A DNA stretch of 10,918 nt. Source: Candidatus Odinarchaeota archaeon (GTDB taxonomy: Archaea; Asgardarchaeota; Odinarchaeia; Odinarchaeales; Odinarchaeaceae). The notes below the pieces were generated by a model that saw nothing but the letters and a program-made list of their open reading frames with translations, made no database searches and was not told the DNA's origin. The DNA lies in contig JAWBON010000037.1 of the NCBI GenBank assembly GCA_038826135.1, positions 1-10,918 of the forward strand. Reading direction: 5' to 3'. The position numbers were made by a program, and so were the translations under genes. Shown one piece after another: positions 6,671 to 10,918 of this stretch (its first letter is position 1; each line of letters begins with the position of its first letter).

Positions 6671-7834
6671 TTATTTAATAAGTTTAAAGAAGCCGTAAAG
6701 CATAAACATGTTTTCTCTAACCCGGTTAGTTATTTCCATAACATATTTAGATATCTTCTTGTAACGTTCAGGATCTATTCTAGGCGGGTTAACATCCATC
6801 AATCTTAGAGGAGCATCATTATCTTGGAAAAATTCTATGAATTTATCACGCCATTCAACAGGTATCTCATCTTTAACCTCCACACCAGATATCCTCGAAA
6901 CCATGAGAGACCACATTCTAGGAGTGGCGTTAAGATTGTAACCCCCCGCCCCAAGTATAATACATCTTCCTTTACAATACTTATGGCTTATATCGTGAAC
7001 TATGTCTGCAATTCTTATATAAGTCGTGCTTGTAAGCTGTAGATGCGATAACGGGTCTAAGAAGTGAGCGTCTGCGCCTGCGGCTAACACTATTAATTGA
7101 GGGTTATAAAACTCTGCTATTAAAGGGAGGAGTTCAGACACTACATGCACATAGGCTTCATCAAATGTTCCTATAGGCAGTGGAATATTAAGATTATAGC
7201 CTTTACCTTCTCCTATACCAGTCTCCTCTTCAAAACCTGAGTGAGGGTAAAGTGTCTCCCCGCTCTCATGTAAAGATAGTCTAAAACCTCTATTATCATC
7301 ATACACAATATCTTGTACACCGTTTCCGTGATGGGAGTCAATAGCTAAATACAATATTCGCTTTAAATTATACTTGCTTATTAGACGCTTTATAGCTATA
7401 GCGATATCGTTGAATATGCAGAAGCCGCCGCCTGCCGAGGGTTTAGCGTGGTGAAAACCTCCACCTGGATTCCAGGCGTGTGTGATCTTTCCATTCATCA
7501 CTTCATCTACAGCGGTGACTGTACCGCCGACAGCGATCTTAGCTATATTAAACATGTTTTTAAACGCAGGAGTGTCTTTATCGTCAACTGACCCGACACC
7601 GTCTACACTCAACTTTTTTATCAAATCTATATATTCCGGTGTGTGAACTGTTAAAAGATCTTGGTCAGTGCACGGTTCAGGTTTAATCAAGTACACGTTA
7701 GGGTTGTTAAAAAATGAGTTTAATTCAAGTAATTCTTTATGCATCTGGATTCTAATAGAGTTCAACGGATGGCCTTTACCGAAATCATATTTTAAATAAT
7801 CCTCATGGTATATGAAACCGAATCTCTCAGTCAT
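6671..7834 (-). CDS. Zn-dependent deacetylase, histone deacetylase superfamily (AcuC / class I HDAC-like)
   Basis: Y.FG.GHP...RI, GGGFHHA....GGFCIFND, IDSHHGNG, SLHESG, GADAH..DPL, GAGGY (catalytic Tyr). Preferred start ATG7834 (GAGGA SD 7 nt upstream); track start is TTG7861. Confidence 0.9.
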   Translation of the reverse strand: MTERFGFIYHEDYLKYDFGKGHPLNSIRIQMHKELLELNSFFNNPNVYLIKPEPCTDQDLLTVHTPEYIDLIKKLSVDGVGSVDDKDTPAFKNMFNIAKIAVGGTVTAVDEVMNGKITHAWNPGGGFHHAKPSAGGGFCIFNDIAIAIKRLISKYNLKRILYLAIDSHHGNGVQDIVYDDNRGFRLSLHESGETLYPHSGFEEETGIGEGKGYNLNIPLPIGTFDEAYVHVVSELLPLIAEFYNPQLIVLAAGADAHFLDPLSHLQLTSTTYIRIADIVHDISHKYCKGRCIILGAGGYNLNATPRMWSLMVSRISGVEVKDEIPVEWRDKFIEFFQDNDAPLRLMDVNPPRIDPERYKKISKYVMEITNRVRENMFMLYGFFKLIK

Positions 7835-7899
7835 CTTGGTATCCTCAAACTTATTAAACAAAATAATATTAATAAATTATCAGTAAATACTAGGCTGTG

Positions 7900-7932
7900 A
7901 TTATAACGTTTATTTTCTACTAAACTTATAAA
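7900..7932. promoter_or_regulatory. Back-to-back TATA-like boxes of the deacetylase/GNAT divergent promoter region
   Basis: Minus strand TTATAAT (7906-7900) preceded by a purine-rich AAAATAAACG; plus strand TTATAAA at 7926-7932. The spacer is very AT-rich, so specificity is limited. Confidence 0.4.
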
Positions 7933-7959
7933 GTTAACATTTAATTGAACGGTGAGATT

Positions 7960-8493
7960 GTGAAGCATTTTAGTGATAAAAAAATTGTTTTGAAAAACGG
8001 TCTTGAAATATTAATAAGACCTTTAAAATACACTGATAAAAAAGAGCTTTTAAAATTTTACAGTGAATTATCTGATAAAAGTCGACGTCAATTATTCCAA
8101 AACCATAGGCCTGTTGAAACGTGGAGAACGGTTAGAGTAAAGACAGCTTCACTTTACACCGACGGATTAGCAGTAGATTTTAAAAAAAGCTATTCATTAG
8201 TGGCGGTGATCGGGGAGGGTGATGTTTTTAAAATAATAGGGGATGGGCGATTCTTCATTGATAGAAGCACTATGAGAGCGGAACTTTATCTGGTTGTTCA
8301 CGAGAATTACAGGAATAAAGGGGTGGGCACTAAATTAATGGATGAAATGCTGCAAGTTTTAAAACAGCTTAAAGTAAAAGAAGTGTACTGTTATATTAAT
8401 TCAGATAATTTACATATGATTAGGCTTATTGAAAAATATGATTTTAACCAAGAAAATATTGACGGCGTTTACCTGTTTTGGAAAAGATTATAG
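7960..8493 (+). CDS. Stand-alone GNAT acetyltransferase resembling the GNAT domain of Pat-type protein lysine acetyltransferases
   Basis: IVLKNG..I.IRPL...D...L..FY..LS..SR, VDF....SLVA, IIG.GRF, AEL.LVVHENYRNKGVGTKLM (acetyl-CoA motif A), INSDN..MI.L..K.DF. Preferred start GTG7960 (GGTGA + 4 nt, the same spacing as sufC); track start is TTG7945. Confidence 0.85.
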   Translation: MKHFSDKKIVLKNGLEILIRPLKYTDKKELLKFYSELSDKSRRQLFQNHRPVETWRTVRVKTASLYTDGLAVDFKKSYSLVAVIGEGDVFKIIGDGRFFIDRSTMRAELYLVVHENYRNKGVGTKLMDEMLQVLKQLKVKEVYCYINSDNLHMIRLIEKYDFNQENIDGVYLFWKRL

Positions 8494-8511
8494 TATATGG
8501 ATAGTTGGGTT

Positions 8512-8679
8512 TCAGACTCTTTCTAAGAGCCTGTAATTTATAAGCCGCTGGGTGTCCTTATCTTTTAAAACCTCTTCATCAACCTCTTTAACCTCATCCG
8601 GCTCTATTGTAATGATTTGTTTTTTCCATGTTATTTTCAAAGTCTTGGCGGTGGTATTCTTTAATTTCACGGTTCCCAT
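8512..8679 (-). CDS. Small hypothetical protein, 55 aa, not in the ORF track (MGTVKLKNTTAKTLKITWKKQIITIEPDEVKEVDEEVLKDKDTQRLINYRLLERV)
   Basis: Manual translation: ATG8679 to TGA8512, SD-like AGGAGATGA 5 nt upstream, purine-rich codon usage like neighbouring genes, fills an otherwise empty gap and ends convergently 18 nt from the GNAT stop. Confidence 0.72.
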   Translation of the reverse strand: MGTVKLKNTTAKTLKITWKKQIITIEPDEVKEVDEEVLKDKDTQRLINYRLLERV

Positions 8680-8852
8680 CAAACTCATCTCCTATAAACA
8701 ATATTTTTTCAAAGGTAAATATAATTTAAGCCATATTTATATTTAATGCAATAATGAACAATCCGGCTTTTATAAAATTCTTAAGAAGTAATTTCACGCT
8801 GATTTTAACAAGTAAGCCCCATTAAAACTTCTATTAAGGTTGTGATATGAAT

Positions 8853-9170
8853 CTAAAACCAGCCCATTATAGTTTTCACGAAAAATTCCCCCACCAACTT
8901 CACTAAATCCTCTTCACTATTACTTCCAAAATATAAATTCTGTATTCGATTTTCCAAAGTGTAGACGACTGTTATGCCTTTAGCTTCTATTTTAGTGTAT
9001 ACTACCGCTCTTCCAAGATTGGTTTTGTAAACTTCCTGTATCCAATCCTTCATGGAATCTAAATCTAGAGATTTTAGCCCTAAGAGACTTTTTTTAACTA
9101 AAACATAGTTCTTCAGTTTACCTTGGATAGCTTCCTCTATATCAGACCACACGTCCCTTTCAGGCTTCAA
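8853..9170 (-). CDS. Hypothetical protein, 105 aa (possible roadblock/longin-like fold)
   Basis: TTG start with AGGTGGT SD 6 nt upstream; globular composition with alternating amphipathic helix/strand pattern. The fold assignment is inference only. Confidence 0.7.
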   Translation of the reverse strand: MKPERDVWSDIEEAIQGKLKNYVLVKKSLLGLKSLDLDSMKDWIQEVYKTNLGRAVVYTKIEAKGITVVYTLENRIQNLYFGSNSEEDLVKLVGEFFVKTIMGWF

Positions 9171-9240
9171 TAAACTACCACCTATTGTAACAGGCTTCCG
9201 TTTAAATAATAGAAATTACTTTTATCTTCACATCCAGCTG

Positions 9241-9284
9241 ATCTCACCGAGCGACTGAAGCAGTAAACCCGCTTACGGAGAGAT
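9241..9284. other. GC-rich intergenic interrupted hairpin
   Basis: ATCTC/GAGAT, CCG/CGG, AGCG/CGCT and ACTG/CAGT nested pairings; 9231-9288 is 53% GC (31/58) within an AT-rich spacer. Confidence 0.35.
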
Positions 9285-9371
9285 GTGATTAAATTACATA
9301 AAATCTTTTCCTTATTCGCTCCAGAATATAATTTATACTAACCGGGTTCAATGTTAATTTTAAGCATAATA

Positions 9372-9413
9372 TTTAAATAATATATTATGTATTTTAATAA
9401 TCCGCTATGGAGG
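9372..9413 (+). promoter_or_regulatory. Putative TATA (TTTAAATA, 9372-9379) and SD (GGAGG, 9409-9413) of rps12
   Basis: Box spacing fits an archaeal promoter ~45 nt before TTG9421; GGAGG lies 7 nt before the start. Confidence 0.5.
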
Positions 9414-9420
9414 AATAGTT

Positions 9421-9864
9421 TTGGCTGGTTCGAAGTCACCTAAAGGCGAGTATGCTGCGAGAAAGCTTACACAGAAGAGGCAGGAGCTTAAATGGAGTGA
9501 TAGATATTATAAGAGGAGACTTCTAAAATTAGATGAGAGAGCTGATCCTTTAGGTGGTAGTCCCCAAGCTCGGGGGATTGTCTTAGAAAAAGTTGGTATA
9601 GAGTCTAAACAACCGAATTCTGCTATACGTAAAGCGGTTAGAATTCAGCTGGTAAAGAATGGAAAACAGATAACGGCGTTCCTGCCGGGGGATGGCGCTC
9701 TCAACTTTGTAGACGAGCATGATGAAGTTATAGTTGAAGGTATAGGTGGAGCTAGGGGACGTTCATTCGGTGACTTGCCGGGAGTGCGATGGAAGGTTAT
9801 TAAAGTTAACAATGTTTCATTAGACGCTATACTTAGAGGTAAAAAAGAGAAGGCTCAGCGCTGA
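9421..9864 (+). CDS. rps12: 30S ribosomal protein S12 (uS12, archaeal S12P/S23e type)
   Basis: [83 protein letters not shown]. Confidence 0.97.
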   Translation: MAGSKSPKGEYAARKLTQKRQELKWSDRYYKRRLLKLDERADPLGGSPQARGIVLEKVGIESKQPNSAIRKAVRIQLVKNGKQITAFLPGDGALNFVDEHDEVIVEGIGGARGRSFGDLPGVRWKVIKVNNVSLDAILRGKKEKAQR

Positions 9865-9878
9865 AAAAGCTTCACTGT

Positions 9879-10310
9879 TTATTTTATTTTCACGTCTTCA
9901 ATTGCGAAATGACGTTTAGCTAGGAGACGAGCTTTTAAAATATTCTTACCGTTTTTACCTATAGCTATACCGCGGTCTTCAGGGTCCACATCAACATGCG
10001 CTATTTTTTTACCATCCGGCCGCTCTATTAATTCAACAGATCTTATTCTAGCAGGAGATAGTATACTCTTAATAAACTCGTTAGGCTTATCAGAGTACTC
10101 AACTATTTCCACTGGTTTAGAAAGATAGTTTTTTAACCGTTTTATAGTAGCACCGTTTTTACCTATAGCAAGCCCCATATCACCCTGCTTAACTACGAAA
10201 ATAATACAGCCTTTATCATCAATGATACAGTCTTTCGCCATCACCCCGGTTATACTCTCGAAAAGTGAGATATAGTTTATTTCATCAACTTTAAGCCTGA
10301 TCGTAGTCAA
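9879..10310 (-). CDS. nusA: Archaeal NusA-like transcription factor (two KH domains)
   Basis: I.L...EI.YISLFESITG..AKDC, two GxxG KH loops (GLAIGKNG, GIAIGKNG), VEIVEYS. True start probably TTG10310, 1 nt after the rpl30e stop, giving 143 aa. Confidence 0.93.
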   Translation of the reverse strand: MTTIRLKVDEINYISLFESITGVMAKDCIIDDKGCIIFVVKQGDMGLAIGKNGATIKRLKNYLSKPVEIVEYSDKPNEFIKSILSPARIRSVELIERPDGKKIAHVDVDPEDRGIAIGKNGKNILKARLLAKRHFAIEDVKIK

Positions 10311-10311
10311 A

Positions 10312-10641
10312 TCACTCGGCCTCCGCCTTCTCCCCAGTGCTCTCCTCCACCGCGCCAAGTATATCAGAATCCCCAGGGTCGTGGATAGCTAGAGCTGCAA
10401 CCATGTGAAGACGATCACAAAGATTACCTAGCTCCCAGCTGTTACCGGTGAATATTAATACAGGTATTTTAGAGAGTTCACTATAATATTGGATTTCGGA
10501 TTTAATATGGTCGGGGCAGTTACTTGCAACGATAACTAATTTAGGCTTACCTTTCTTCATATCTTCCACTGTTTTTTTAGACCCTATTGTAACTTTACCT
10601 GTTTTAACCGCTATTTTAATAGCTTTATCAACTTGAATCAT
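10312..10641 (-). CDS. rpl30e: 50S ribosomal protein L30e (eL30)
   Basis: [51 protein letters not shown]; ATGA overlap with the rpoA2 stop. Confidence 0.96.
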   Translation of the reverse strand: MIQVDKAIKIAVKTGKVTIGSKKTVEDMKKGKPKLVIVASNCPDHIKSEIQYYSELSKIPVLIFTGNSWELGNLCDRLHMVAALAIHDPGDSDILGAVEESTGEKAEAE

Positions 10642-10918
10642 TTATCGACCCCCTTCTTAGAATGCTCCATTAACAATCCTATTAAACCAGTGCCTACAGG
10701 GATTGTTTGACCTATTATAACGTTTTCAGCTATGCCTTTAAGTTCATCGAAGTCTCCGCGAACACTCGCTTCGAAAAGGTTTTGAACTGTTTTCTCGAAT
10801 GCTGCTCTAGCTAGTACACTCGGCTTCTTACCGCTTATACCATGCCTGCCTATCTGACTTATATAACCGTCAAACGTCATCAGATCAGCTACTAGCATAA
10901 TATGTCTTATGTCAACGT
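10638..10918 (-). CDS. rpoA2: DNA-directed RNA polymerase largest-subunit C-terminal part (A''/Rpo1C), 3' portion only
   Basis: The frame is open to the window edge: [16 protein letters not shown]...IGRHGI...[26 protein letters not shown]. Whether A' and A'' are split or fused cannot be seen here. Confidence 0.95.
   Translation of the reverse strand, partial: VDIRHIMLVADLMTFDGYISQIGRHGISGKKPSVLARAAFEKTVQNLFEASVRGDFDELKGIAENVIIGQTIPVGTGLIGLLMEHSKKGVDK

Noticed and set aside
6824-7042. 72-aa plus-strand ORF
   Set aside because: Antisense to the deacetylase, no SD or motifs.
8552-8746. 64-aa plus-strand ORF in the track
   Set aside because: Ser/Phe-rich antisense reading of the better-supported 55-aa minus-strand ORF.
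8768-8787. Back-to-back 10-bp palindromes TTTTATAAAA and TTCTTAAGAA; also TTAAAGCTTTAA at 5317-5328 and AAAGCTT shortly after three stop codons
   Set aside because: Almost pure A/T in very AT-rich spacers, expected by chance, with no shared consensus supporting a regulatory role.
9161-9198. 8-nt direct repeat CAGGCTTC 30 nt apart as a possible target-site duplication
   Set aside because: Too short, one copy lies within a coding start, and it encloses only the SD with no element ends.
9345-9351. GGTTCAA resembling a tRNA T-loop
   Set aside because: The AT-rich context cannot form a cloverleaf, acceptor stem or D-arm.
9407-9418. Mini uORF ATG-GAG-GAA-TAG overlapping the rps12 SD
   Set aside because: Arises trivially from AT+GGAGG; it has no SD of its own and no supporting evidence.
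10311-10358. Arg-rich N-terminal extension of NusA ([14 protein letters not shown])
   Set aside because: Overlaps the rpl30e 3' end in another frame; homology and SD indicate TTG10310 as the start.
1-10918. CRISPR array, rRNA, tRNA, transposase or integrase
   Set aside because: No regularly spaced repeats, RNA-gene signatures or DDE/tyrosine-recombinase motifs were seen; nearly all sequence is explained by housekeeping ORFs.

Overview
Archaeal chromosomal window, roughly 35-42% GC by spot counts, with strong GGTGA/GGAGG Shine-Dalgarno motifs and many TTG starts. An Asgard-type lineage is conceivable but cannot be shown from this window. Gene order: a ~170-nt GC-rich foreign-looking segment fused into a 5'-truncated pyrK (+); serB (-); a class I flavin-disulfide reductase closest in motifs to mycothione reductase (+); a two-gene SufC/SufB (SMS-type) Fe-S scaffold (+) whose SufC has an unusual internal CX2CX2CX17C; a minus-strand run of Zn-dependent deacetylase (AcuC/HDAC class I-like), CDF metal transporter and B-box-like Zn-finger membrane protein; a divergent stand-alone Pat-like GNAT acetyltransferase (+); an unannotated 55-aa ORF and a 105-aa possible roadblock/longin-like protein (-); rps12 (+), which is inverted relative to the rpoA2-rpl30e-nusA run (-) it normally follows, with no adjacent rps7. 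No tRNA, rRNA, CRISPR array or transposase was recognised. The most notable observations are the divergent deacetylase/acetyltransferase pair, the inverted rps12, the Cys-cluster SufC and the junction at the window start. All family calls come from motif recognition by eye, not database searches.
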